Source of the DNA: a virus
Taxonomy: Duplodnaviria > Caudoviricetes
DNA length: 43,019 nt
Direction: 5' to 3' (one strand)
Virus record (IMG/VR): IMGVR_UViG_3300049893_001226
Location: 1 to 43,019 of that record
Under the pieces are notes generated by a model. The model did no database searches. It was not told the DNA's origin and saw only the letters and a program-made list of their open reading frames with translations. Made by a program: the position numbers and the translations under genes. This document shows, piece by piece, positions 35,401-43,019 of this stretch; position 1 is the stretch's first letter; every line of letters begins with the position of its first letter.

Positions 35401-35984
35401 TTAGATACTTCTAATTGTGTTTCGGTTGCAAAGATAGAATCAATTTCTAAGGTGTCACCGTTTATCTGTCCATTCACAAAACGGCCAACATAGCTTAAAG
35501 CTTTTTGACATGCTGAGTAATCATTAGTTGACCCATTACCAACAGCTCCCCAAGCGTATGGGGTAACATTGGTTGCTTTTCCACTTCCGTTTACGGTTCC
35601 ACTTCCACTAAATATTTGAAATTTTGGGAAATAAATAGGGCTGTTAATAGTTAAAGTAAACCCAGCAAGGGCAATTATCCCCCCTTTTTTAAAGTCTAAA
35701 ATTACATTCTCTGGAATAGTTGTATCTGCTATAAGCGTAACAGTTCGGGAAATTACTAGGTTAGTATTGGTTGATCCTATCGCAGTCAAAGCAGTGGCTA
35801 GGTTAGTATATCGTTCTAAATATACGGTAGAATATCCACCTTCATAAATTACAGTTCCTGCCTCGGTTTTTCCTACTATTCGTTTGGTATCTTCGACAAT
35901 CATCATTTCACGAAGTTTTATCGCACTAACAGCGCCCGCTTCTGTGGTTCTTTGGGCATGTTTATATCGTTTCAAATCTGTCAT
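32409..35984 (-). CDS. Tail fibre / tailspike, 1191 aa, with beta-helix region and duplicated modules
   Basis: WGAVGNGSTND..ACQKA tailspike motif; duplicated VRFT..LPTGL..TDY..ATS.AN..AGTYI.YT.AGTGTHT; C-terminal DGTYWQEISR. Confidence 0.85.
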   Translation of the reverse strand: MTDLKRYKHAQRTTEAGAVSAIKLREMMIVEDTKRIVGKTEAGTVIYEGGYSTVYLERYTNLATALTAIGSTNTNLVISRTVTLIADTTIPENVILDFKKGGIIALAGFTLTINSPIYFPKFQIFSGSGTVNGSGKATNVTPYAWGAVGNGSTNDYSACQKALSYVGRFVNGQINGDTLEIDSIFATETQLEVSNFGVHIQGTRFINPDGTNAYNASVGFKYTGTLDATKAVLKVNKTTEEINTKCFSIDNIFFHSNDLCGFGLYCEGSGRGAISETTYNNRGISMRNLSFVGYIKAGFVLGSYVDGDLEDPNAAQFENLSIENLRFNGGSLIDDTNFTDISGLESIGFFVNAGNLEFGVCNNLYFDPPTTRAHKHHVWQRLGGLIINGIVSTRAGSAGVVYGRSASADEISNTNYIGNLPSSTDIPWAIVSYDQLIINGWRMEDRWAFKQAGTTFNAPSEIRNVVQRPDAGDPQVSGDYGLFTLATDNVWDCPGYDSSIKLINVTTNASVAIGSSAKSIGEADIIFSRPGGTLTVSGSKQYGKYVDAYKGDYKFMGKQPRINLTDENNVTVFESDRGSTYFPRFNPYELDQLWIPFDGGQSQSSTVTFTSGATQTGKLLGDYTGTYATNDKVRFTNSGGALPTGLAVDTDYYIFVDDDEDAVSTSFYIATSRANLKAGTYIAYTNAGTGTHTVHRSFIPSASTEIVGVDTGARGTLLGLTATVAGAYLTAGKEMPATGFLHLENVQVPFGADEALTGINASTNGASQNLINRWIPYVSGTGNVPASDTLITGNTSASTGYLVEVCATLGGSATAPGAPMPASGYIHLKYSGAIFNASEALTGIGATTSGTGTLLLDNYDIGHGTFIRLNPDSTTKISGIESTRTGRFLLLSNVSSFVITLTNNGSRSSSGNKFTTHSGTDLVLNTNDVCMVIWDVSSNVWRALKIADPYTVDFLDGSGAGKIYSTLISGFVAQALTGSSFDFNLRAVSGTSVMNILTGKDYVSFPRRVEMSKGANLTAANDLVLTAEGNKFVVTGNTQINGMTSTGVQSGTDIVLQFSGTPTVKHNTAMANTFTASSSSGLLLTYTDDFQTLEKVRFTTTTTLPTGLSLATDYWIVRVSGTTSRVATSLANAIAGTYIPYTDAGTGTHTMTKQAGMFKLQGSADLVCASDTVLHVWFDGTYWQEISRKTA

Positions 35985-38206
35985 GTAAGTCCTCCGTCTA
36001 TTTCTTCGGTTGTGGTGTCATCTAGCCCACCGTCTATTTCTTCTGTGGTGGTATCATCCAAACCACCGTCAATAATATTCTCTACAAATTCAGGCTCTTG
36101 GGTGTTTTCCTCATTGAAGGGGTCAAATCCACCAAAGCTTATCCCGTCCTCATCTATTACTACTCTAAGGTTTTTTCTCTTAATTACAGCGGGTGCGTAT
36201 GTGGTCAATCTATAATGAAGGTAATTCCCAACCAATTTACACCATTTATAAGCCCCAATGTCAGCGGGTGAAATGTAAAGCCTAAATATATCAGTTCTAC
36301 TTTCCCCTGTATATCCAAAAGAAGGTGTAAAATCGGTTTGTGTTGCGCTTGTAATCAAAGGCCATAGTCTACCGTTTAAATAAGGCGTTCCTGTTAGTGG
36401 ATAGGATAAAGTCGCCATTACTTCTAAATAAAAGTGTTCAATTATACTTTTACCTTCTTCGTGTCGGAATCTTGGGGTTATTTCCTCCAAAAATACTGCG
36501 TGGTCTATGGTTCCATCAATTAGGGAAACATCTGTGTTAACACCTTCCACTTCAATTTCAAGCATGTAATAATTTTTACTTGCTATTAACGCCTTAGTAT
36601 TGTTGGAATAAGTAACTACTAATTGGGCTGAATCTGTCAGATATTCGTATTCAGTCCAACCCCTACGGCTTGCCACATGCAAAGCGTACATTATGCCAGT
36701 ACCGTCGGAAATAATCAACTTTCCATTTATGTATATGAAAGAAGTATAGTCCCCAAATTCTTTATCTGAAATGGGTTTAGAAATATCTATTCCGTTTAAT
36801 CGGTCACTCCATTTATTAGTAAATATCTGGAATCCGTCGTTTGTAATTGCACATATACCAACCCCAGGGATGAAATTAGCTTTTCTCTTGTCTGCGATAC
36901 CTATGTGATGGTCTATAATTTGGAATTTCTGGTTTATATTTCCACCTGGGAGTATTCCTGTTTTACTTTCTTTAATCCCTACTAAATCACTACCCACGGA
37001 AAGCAATTTTATCATTCTTTGACCGTCTTGGTTTGTTGAAACTACATTTAATAGGTTGTATTGCTCGCAGTATTTTGTATCTGCAAAATTAGCATAATAG
37101 ATTAGGTTTTTGCTGTTTTGATCCAAAGCATCGTCGTTAACCCTTGAAAAAAAGATTTTCTTTTCATGGTAGCATCCTATTTCACATGCTGTGATGGGTT
37201 CTAATTCGATTCTTTCCTCGTTAACTAAAATTGAAAAAACACTATCAAGGTTATTAACCTCAATTGTGTATACACCTGCGGGTTTTCCAGCTTGACATCC
37301 TGCGTTTCCTATTGGTAAAGTAGATCCTGTCGCTACACTGGTGAGGCTCCCAGCTTCCATTTCGGCTCTGGTAATCAACGCCTCTTCATATAATTCATTT
37401 GGTATTCCTTGCGCATCGATTGGATTATTTGGATCAGTTAAGTCCATTGATGTGTTTTTACTTCTCCAAAACCTTAAGTGTGTCCAAGTAGTATCGGCCA
37501 ATTCAGTTGACTGAATAGTTACTTTAATTTTCTTGCTTGATATAAGGCCAGTTTGTGCTAGTATTCGCCCTGTAGTCACTCTATTAGGGGTGCTTGCTAG
37601 CTTTTCCCCTAATTCATTGAAATAACATAATTCTACCCCTACAGTATAGGTTCCTGAAATGACCCCAGCGTTTGCGGTTGTAATTGCACCTATTACGGGC
37701 GCGGTTAATCCCATTGATCGGCCAAAGAATAATTCTGTAGTTGAGTTGTATTCAATTACCTTATTGCCAGAGGGCGAAAATATAAACAATCTATCCCCTG
37801 TCAAAAACATATCGCTTTGGTCTGTTTCACCAATTGTAAAGGTTGTACTTGAAGCTGTCAATATCTCGACTGGGTTTTCTGTGTTGGTTAAATTCTGAGA
37901 ATAGAACTTATTTCCTTCTTGAGTGATTAAGTATTCGATAGTCCCAATATCCCAAACCAAACCATTTTGAATATCGGTAGTTCCTCTTTGTATCGGACTG
38001 GTTACGGCTCTTAAAAATTGACTACCTCGACGGCTTTTTAAAAAGTCTTCATCTTTGCTTGGCCCCTCGTAAATATCCCAGTTTTTTAATCTTCTTGATT
38101 CTGAAAGTGCTAAACTAAAATGTTCCCCAAATGTGTTTTGCCCAAGATACCTATTAATGGAAATATCTTTCTCATATACATTAGATCTTAGGCGTTTAGT
38201 CTTCAT
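35981..38206 (-). CDS. Tail nozzle / packaged-DNA stabilization protein (P22 gp10-like role)
   Basis: 741 aa beta-rich; position after the adaptor; L.SR.G near the N-terminus. Confidence 0.6.
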   Translation of the reverse strand: MKTKRLRSNVYEKDISINRYLGQNTFGEHFSLALSESRRLKNWDIYEGPSKDEDFLKSRRGSQFLRAVTSPIQRGTTDIQNGLVWDIGTIEYLITQEGNKFYSQNLTNTENPVEILTASSTTFTIGETDQSDMFLTGDRLFIFSPSGNKVIEYNSTTELFFGRSMGLTAPVIGAITTANAGVISGTYTVGVELCYFNELGEKLASTPNRVTTGRILAQTGLISSKKIKVTIQSTELADTTWTHLRFWRSKNTSMDLTDPNNPIDAQGIPNELYEEALITRAEMEAGSLTSVATGSTLPIGNAGCQAGKPAGVYTIEVNNLDSVFSILVNEERIELEPITACEIGCYHEKKIFFSRVNDDALDQNSKNLIYYANFADTKYCEQYNLLNVVSTNQDGQRMIKLLSVGSDLVGIKESKTGILPGGNINQKFQIIDHHIGIADKRKANFIPGVGICAITNDGFQIFTNKWSDRLNGIDISKPISDKEFGDYTSFIYINGKLIISDGTGIMYALHVASRRGWTEYEYLTDSAQLVVTYSNNTKALIASKNYYMLEIEVEGVNTDVSLIDGTIDHAVFLEEITPRFRHEEGKSIIEHFYLEVMATLSYPLTGTPYLNGRLWPLITSATQTDFTPSFGYTGESRTDIFRLYISPADIGAYKWCKLVGNYLHYRLTTYAPAVIKRKNLRVVIDEDGISFGGFDPFNEENTQEPEFVENIIDGGLDDTTTEEIDGGLDDTTTEEIDGGLT
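35987..36073 (-). repeat. Imperfect 36-nt coding tandem repeat (IDGGLDDTTTEE x2.5)
   Basis: Protein ends IIDGGLDDTTTEEIDGGLDDTTTEEIDGGLT; synonymous differences between units. Confidence 0.9.
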
Positions 38207-39072
38207 ATTAGGACGCTTGACCCCTGTCTAGGCCAAAGCTGGCGGTTTGTTACCTTACCCATTGGAGTATAAGGTTGCTCGCTTGATTCCCACCAGCCAC
38301 CCAATAAAGCCTTTACATCTTGCGGGTCTAAATCTTCCCCAAAGATTGCAATATCTGCCATTTTTTTACAAGCGTTGACAAATTGCATGTGATACCTAGA
38401 AGGAATCAATAATTTGCTATCTGAGGCTGTTTCTATATCAGTAATTGTCTCTGCATCTCGGTAATAAACCCACCTATACACGGCATTTACTGTAGGTTCT
38501 ACAATTAAAGTTATCTGCCTGTTTAAATTGTCTTCTCTGGCCTGTTCAAAAAATGTACTTGGGTCGAAGTTGTTACTTGCAAAATCATAATCGTTATTTT
38601 CATCGTTTCCAAAAATTCTATTATCGGTCTCTCTGGTAATTCCCCAGATTTTCCTAGTTGGTGGGCTTGTGGGTGCGTCGTATGGCCCAGTATATCCCGC
38701 AAAGTCGCTAACTGTTCCTGCCCCTGTGCCTGTGGTGATTGTAACCGCTTCACCGTCGGTAAATTCTGTCTCGTTTGTGTTTGTTACTGTCCAAACTCTT
38801 GTAGTATTGTTATACGATATTAAAACCCCTTCGGCTCCTGAGTCGGCTCCTACTACGGTTTTTCCCACATCTCCAGCAATTGCGCTAGTATATCCAGAGG
38901 ATTCAAAAGTAATCTCAAAATAAGGTGTAAAGGTTGACCATACAAGAAACATTTTGGAGTCATTATCAAAAGCCAATTTTTGCGTAGCATCGATTATTAA
39001 AATAACCTGCTCGGGTGATAATTTATACCTTATTGTGTTTTGTATGAAGCTCGCTATTTCTTGTAAGGTCAT
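38203..39072 (-). CDS. Head-tail adaptor protein with inserted beta domain
   Basis: MTLQEI start, YRWVYYR..LLIPSRYH; follows the capsid genes. Confidence 0.6.
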   Translation of the reverse strand: MTLQEIASFIQNTIRYKLSPEQVILIIDATQKLAFDNDSKMFLVWSTFTPYFEITFESSGYTSAIAGDVGKTVVGADSGAEGVLISYNNTTRVWTVTNTNETEFTDGEAVTITTGTGAGTVSDFAGYTGPYDAPTSPPTRKIWGITRETDNRIFGNDENNDYDFASNNFDPSTFFEQAREDNLNRQITLIVEPTVNAVYRWVYYRDAETITDIETASDSKLLIPSRYHMQFVNACKKMADIAIFGEDLDPQDVKALLGGWWESSEQPYTPMGKVTNRQLWPRQGSSVLI

Positions 39073-39086
39073 ATTTTTCCTTTAAT

Positions 39087-39107
39087 GAGGCCCCACTAGG
39101 AGGCCCC
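39087..39107 (-). terminator. Possible attenuating hairpin after the capsid genes
   Basis: GGGGCCTC-CTAGT-GGGGCCTC can pair with G:U; no good U-tract. Confidence 0.35.
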
Positions 39108-39112
39108 AAAGT

Positions 39113-39418
39113 TTAGGCCAAGCGTCCTTCAACGGTGGCAGTCACTTGGAGGGTTCCGTCGGCCAAAGGCGCGTCTGAAAGACCTCGTACATAAACTGTA
39201 ATTCCAGTTGTGGTAACTGACGCGTTTGCAATAGCTCCAGCGCGAGGGGCATTTGGGGCCCCTTGTAAGCTAGGTGCCACGGCATAGGCACGGTTAAAAG
39301 CTAGGTAAGCACTGAATCCAGTATTTGCAACGGAGGTTGTAGTTACATCCACTTTACAAATTTGACGGATTACAGCATTTTCCTTGCCTTCGATTGAATA
39401 TAATTGTGAGCTAGTCAT
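39113..39418 (-). CDS. Small virion protein (possible head decoration)
   Basis: 101 aa Ala/Thr/Val-rich, directly after the MCP. Confidence 0.55.
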   Translation of the reverse strand: MTSSQLYSIEGKENAVIRQICKVDVTTTSVANTGFSAYLAFNRAYAVAPSLQGAPNAPRAGAIANASVTTTGITVYVRGLSDAPLADGTLQVTATVEGRLA

Positions 39419-39432
39419 TATTTACCCCTTTC

Positions 39433-40713
39433 TTAGGCTATAATTGTGGCTGAGGTGGTAGCTGTCAATACTATTAAGCTTGTTTCATTTACTCGAGCGG
39501 TTGTAGGTGCTACGGTAGCGTCCAAGTCAAGGCGTTGGGTTCCACGGATACGGTGTCCGCAAATAGATTCTACAAACTTATAGTCTGCATCGTCTCGGAC
39601 TAAGTCCATTTCCATTACATCGGCAAGACCAATAGCTGATTTTCCAAGCAACATTGCGATTTCGCAAGTTCCTGTATTGTCACCTTTGGCAACTCGTGTT
39701 CGACCGTCTGAAAGTGGGCTAATATATTGGAAAGCTCCTGCGGTTGCGCCAGAGATATTAAACAAAGGTGCTCGCTGATCTACTATAATCATCATGCCCT
39801 TGTATACGCCTGCATAACCTGAGAACATTCTATCAAAACCCTTTTCAGTGTATTTTAGAAGGTCTTTCCATTGGTTAGTAGCGGTGTCGCTAGTAAGTTG
39901 GAACCATTGAGCGTCGGAAATTTTAAGTACATATTGTACTTCTCGGTTTCCTTCGCCTTCACCCATCATTCCACCAATAGGCACGATTTTTCGTGTAGCC
40001 AATAGGTGAATAGAATCAAGCAAGGTTACATTAAATACCGCACTAGTTCCCATTGCGGCCAAAGCATCAACGGCAGTTGCAAGAGCAGTAACAGCGGTTG
40101 CATAGGTTACATCCCAAGTGTTCTTGGTCAGTGCAGTACCATTCCACCAATAAGTATTGGGGTGAAGTACATCGACCAAGGGAGTTGAGATTTCGCTTCC
40201 ACGTTCTGAATCTTCCCAGTTGGTAGAATCAGATAGGAAAGGGTCACATCCAGCAATTACAGCTCTCTGATGGTCGTAATCTGTCTGTTCAACAAAATCG
40301 TCACCAATTTGAGCAACTGTAGCCTCTGCAACTGAATAAAATTCGTTCATTCGGCCCATTACGCTCTTGTCTGGTAAGGACTTAGGAACGCGCTGGTTAG
40401 TGAAATAAACGCTTACAGTCTTAGTTGTGGGTTTGGATTCTTTACCTTCTGCGCTGTTGTTGCCACCAATTACGGAGGCGCCAGTCTTTCGGATAGAAAG
40501 CATGGTTACGGAATATTGACCCATTTTTAACTCGTCAGTGATCTTTTGGACTACTGCCTTGGGTACTTGAGTATTCCCTGATTTGGGAACGGTTTGTGTG
40601 TACTCGTATCGGTTGCTTAGCTGATCCCAAACCGAATTTGGGAGATATTGTTTTATAGTCTTTCGAATCCATGATTGGACTCTTCCAGGTGCTACAATAT
40701 TTACTGATGCCAT
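39433..40713 (-). CDS. Major capsid protein
   Basis: 426 aa after the scaffold; GNNSAEGKE, QW..L..D..W, FSGYAGVYKGM, AMLLGKSA, DYKF (N4-gp56-like coat pattern). Confidence 0.82.
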   Translation of the reverse strand: MASVNIVAPGRVQSWIRKTIKQYLPNSVWDQLSNRYEYTQTVPKSGNTQVPKAVVQKITDELKMGQYSVTMLSIRKTGASVIGGNNSAEGKESKPTTKTVSVYFTNQRVPKSLPDKSVMGRMNEFYSVAEATVAQIGDDFVEQTDYDHQRAVIAGCDPFLSDSTNWEDSERGSEISTPLVDVLHPNTYWWNGTALTKNTWDVTYATAVTALATAVDALAAMGTSAVFNVTLLDSIHLLATRKIVPIGGMMGEGEGNREVQYVLKISDAQWFQLTSDTATNQWKDLLKYTEKGFDRMFSGYAGVYKGMMIIVDQRAPLFNISGATAGAFQYISPLSDGRTRVAKGDNTGTCEIAMLLGKSAIGLADVMEMDLVRDDADYKFVESICGHRIRGTQRLDLDATVAPTTARVNETSLIVLTATTSATIIA

Positions 40714-40728
40714 TTTCTTTACTCCTTG

Positions 40729-41949
40729 TTAAAACCCGAAGAACTTCCAAGCGCGTTTAGGAATCTTTTCCTTGATAGGATTTTCATCTTTGTCAAACCA
40801 CTCCTGTGGCATGAGTTTAGGGTCTTGTTCCATTGCTTCGAGGTCTTGATCTGTTATTGTTTTTAGTGTTCTTCCCTCATCACCTGTTTGAATGTCAGAT
40901 AGTGAAGGATTTGGTTTTCTGTTGTAGGCTTCTTTTAGTCCTTGTTGCTTGGCTTGTTGAATCAATAAGTCCGCATCACGGCCTTTCTTAATCAAAAGTG
41001 CAGTTTCAAGGGTTGTGCCTGATTCTTGTGCAATCTGAAACAACTCGTTAAAAACTTCTAGTTTCGGATTAGGCTCTCCCCTGTAGTATTGAGATATGGC
41101 TTCCCTTAAATTTGGTACACCTTTTAAACCCTCAATAGATTGGGAAACTTTCACCATCTCGTCAATTACTTGCATTTCTGCTTTAGTTTCTGCTGTCTGG
41201 GTTAAATAGCGTTCTCTTTCTCCTTCGATACTTTTAGTTTTACCTTCAAGTTCTTGGATTTTGTTATTTAACCGACGGATAACCGAATTAACGGCCTTGG
41301 CTGAGTCTGGATCTATGAAGTTTTCTTCGTCGATGTACTCTGCCATGTCTCCATCTTGTTTCTGGTTGGGTAATTTGTTACCTAGTCGCCTTTGCATTTC
41401 TGCTATTGCTTCAGGTACTCCTTTATTATAATCCTGCCATAGGGCCATTTCCGAGGCTTCACGCGCTTTAAAAGCTTCCAAGTCTTTGGTTACTTTTGCC
41501 ACTGCCTGAGCGTCTCTTCCGCCTACTAACTTTTTAAGACCTGCGATTTTTTCAATCAGTTCTTTTGCGTTTTTGGCTCCAACTTCTTTTAGTGCCTTTT
41601 CAAGATCGGGATCTACTTTGGATTGCTCCTCAGTTTCTTCCTCACTGTCTTCTACCTCAGTCCCCTCTACATCCTCAGAATCTTCCAATTCCTTAGCAAG
41701 TGGTTTCTCTTGGGTTTTGTTGGCTGGTTTGGTGGGCTTTATTTTACCCGCATAGTGATCATCCAGAATATCAAGTTCTGCATCACTAAATTTAACGTTT
41801 GGGTCGTCCTTTTCCTTCTTTAGCAATTTAGCTAAAGTAGCTCCTTTGTTTTCACTGGCCTTTTCGGTTTGAGTGATAGGGGCTGAGTTTTCCACTTCAA
41901 GAGGTTGGGCTGTGGCCGTCTCCATTGGTGCTGTTGCTGTTGCTTCCAT
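40729..41949 (-). CDS. Capsid scaffolding protein
   Basis: 406 aa, acidic and coiled-coil, between portal and MCP. Confidence 0.75.
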   Translation of the reverse strand: MEATATAPMETATAQPLEVENSAPITQTEKASENKGATLAKLLKKEKDDPNVKFSDAELDILDDHYAGKIKPTKPANKTQEKPLAKELEDSEDVEGTEVEDSEEETEEQSKVDPDLEKALKEVGAKNAKELIEKIAGLKKLVGGRDAQAVAKVTKDLEAFKAREASEMALWQDYNKGVPEAIAEMQRRLGNKLPNQKQDGDMAEYIDEENFIDPDSAKAVNSVIRRLNNKIQELEGKTKSIEGERERYLTQTAETKAEMQVIDEMVKVSQSIEGLKGVPNLREAISQYYRGEPNPKLEVFNELFQIAQESGTTLETALLIKKGRDADLLIQQAKQQGLKEAYNRKPNPSLSDIQTGDEGRTLKTITDQDLEAMEQDPKLMPQEWFDKDENPIKEKIPKRAWKFFGF

Positions 41950-43019
41950 TATTTTCCGCCTTTTACGGTTGGGAGTGTTGTTTCAGAGGTAGGCATTATG
42001 CCATCTCCAAAGCCATAGGTTGGACAGGTAATGGGCCTGTCGTGGCCTGTGCCTCATTCGAGGCAATTTCTTGAGTCTTAGCCATTTGGTCGAGTTGCTT
42101 ACCCTGCATGTCCATCTCTTGGCCTTGTAGGGCCATCTGTTGCTCTTGTTGCTGGGCTTGCTGTTCTTGTGCCTTGGCTTGTTTAATAATCGTGCTATGC
42201 TCTTCCATCAAGTCTTTCATTTCTTGTGGGGCATCGGTTAGATGTAAAAGGTATTGGGTTAAGAAGGTTGCAAGTACTGGGTCTTGTTGTACTGAAGCGC
42301 CTGCGAGTAGTTCGGAAATCTGCTTTCTTACCTTATCCCGTACTGTGGGAGACTTCCAAGAATCCTCAAAAGTTATATCGTAATAGTCGCCATCTTCAAA
42401 GGTGTTTTCTTGTCTGTGGTTCCCAAACTCATCTTGGACTATTTTGTTAATCTCAATCCATTGTGGGCTGTTTTTGTCTTTTTGCTCTAAAACTCTGATT
42501 ACTTCGTTTGCAGTCCAATATTTCTGCCAGTAAGCCTTCCAAAGCTTTGCCCTTGTGATAAGAAAATTCATGTAATTGGTAATGAAAACTTGGCTTTGAA
42601 CTGAGCTTTGTTGTATTCTCTGTTCGTTTAAAACACCTGAAGTTGCACCCTCAGAAAGTCCCTGCATTGAGGGGGGGGTGCTGGAAGTTTCTTGTCTGAA
42701 AGAATTTGCAAAGTTTATTAAAGTGTCTGCATCAATCGAGCTTCGACCTTGTTCAATTAGTTCAACGCCACTACCTGCGGGAGCACCTTTTCGCTTCTTA
42801 AAGCTACGGCCACCGTCGGCATGGTTATTTATTACATCGTCTATCTCTGTTTCGTCAAAATGATCTCTACTTACAACATGGCTCTGGCCTGCGCTTGTCT
42901 TGGCTTGGTGTAGCTTGTTGACAAGTAGTGAATTAGTTAAGCGTAAACTGTCAATTTGGTGCTCTACATGCCCGCTTGGTTCGCCGTTTAAGTCCTCATC
43001 GACCAATTCAACCAAAGGA
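41782..43019. repeat. Terminal redundancy copy 2
   Basis: Imperfect direct repeat of 1-1238. Confidence 0.95.
41996..43019 (-). CDS. Portal protein C-terminal half (partial, variant allele)
   Basis: Same protein as the 215-2212 C-terminus with 5 amino-acid differences. Confidence 0.9.
   Translation of the reverse strand, partial: PLVELVDEDLNGEPSGHVEHQIDSLRLTNSLLVNKLHQAKTSAGQSHVVSRDHFDETEIDDVINNHADGGRSFKKRKGAPAGSGVELIEQGRSSIDADTLINFANSFRQETSSTPPSMQGLSEGATSGVLNEQRIQQSSVQSQVFITNYMNFLITRAKLWKAYWQKYWTANEVIRVLEQKDKNSPQWIEINKIVQDEFGNHRQENTFEDGDYYDITFEDSWKSPTVRDKVRKQISELLAGASVQQDPVLATFLTQYLLHLTDAPQEMKDLMEEHSTIIKQAKAQEQQAQQQEQQMALQGQEMDMQGKQLDQMAKTQEIASNEAQATTGPLPVQPMALEMA

Noticed and set aside
35987-36073. 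36-nt periodic repeat as a CRISPR array
   Set aside because: It is an in-frame coding repeat without unique spacers, and there are no cas genes.
1-43019. Alternative genetic code, tRNA genes or introns
   Set aside because: Core genes are intact and tightly packed under the standard code; no cloverleaf with T/D-loop consensus or split gene was seen by eye.

Overview
The window is an essentially complete ~41.8 kb tailed dsDNA phage genome with podovirus (P22-like) architecture. Its ends overlap by 1238 nt (1-1238 vs 41782-43019), but the two copies differ at many mostly synonymous positions, suggesting two co-assembled strains. The minus strand carries the late genes: TerS, TerL, two methyltransferase-like genes, a GT2-GT2-TPR glycosyltransferase, an HTH protein, portal, scaffold, major capsid, adaptor/nozzle, tail fibre, ejection proteins (one with tandem ADP-ribosyltransferase-like domains), further fibre-like proteins, a holin-like protein and a pseudo-receiver protein. 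It also carries a replication block (HNH, initiator, primase-helicase). The plus strand carries an early/middle operon (ERF, RHH regulator, class-3 lipase, SSB-like protein, metallophosphoesterase, amidase endolysin, VRR-NUC). No integrase, DNA polymerase, tRNA or CRISPR array was seen. The most striking element is a phage-borne, integrase-less, integron-like cassette array at ~11.65-12.96 kb. It has an attI-like site and two attC-like hairpins, and the cassette ends are complementary as in integrons. Both cassette genes run backwards and start inside the attC loops. A second inverted copy of the attI-like sequence lies at ~21.03 kb. A C4-like structured antisense leader precedes the replication genes. 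All calls are from motif recognition by eye; no searches were run.
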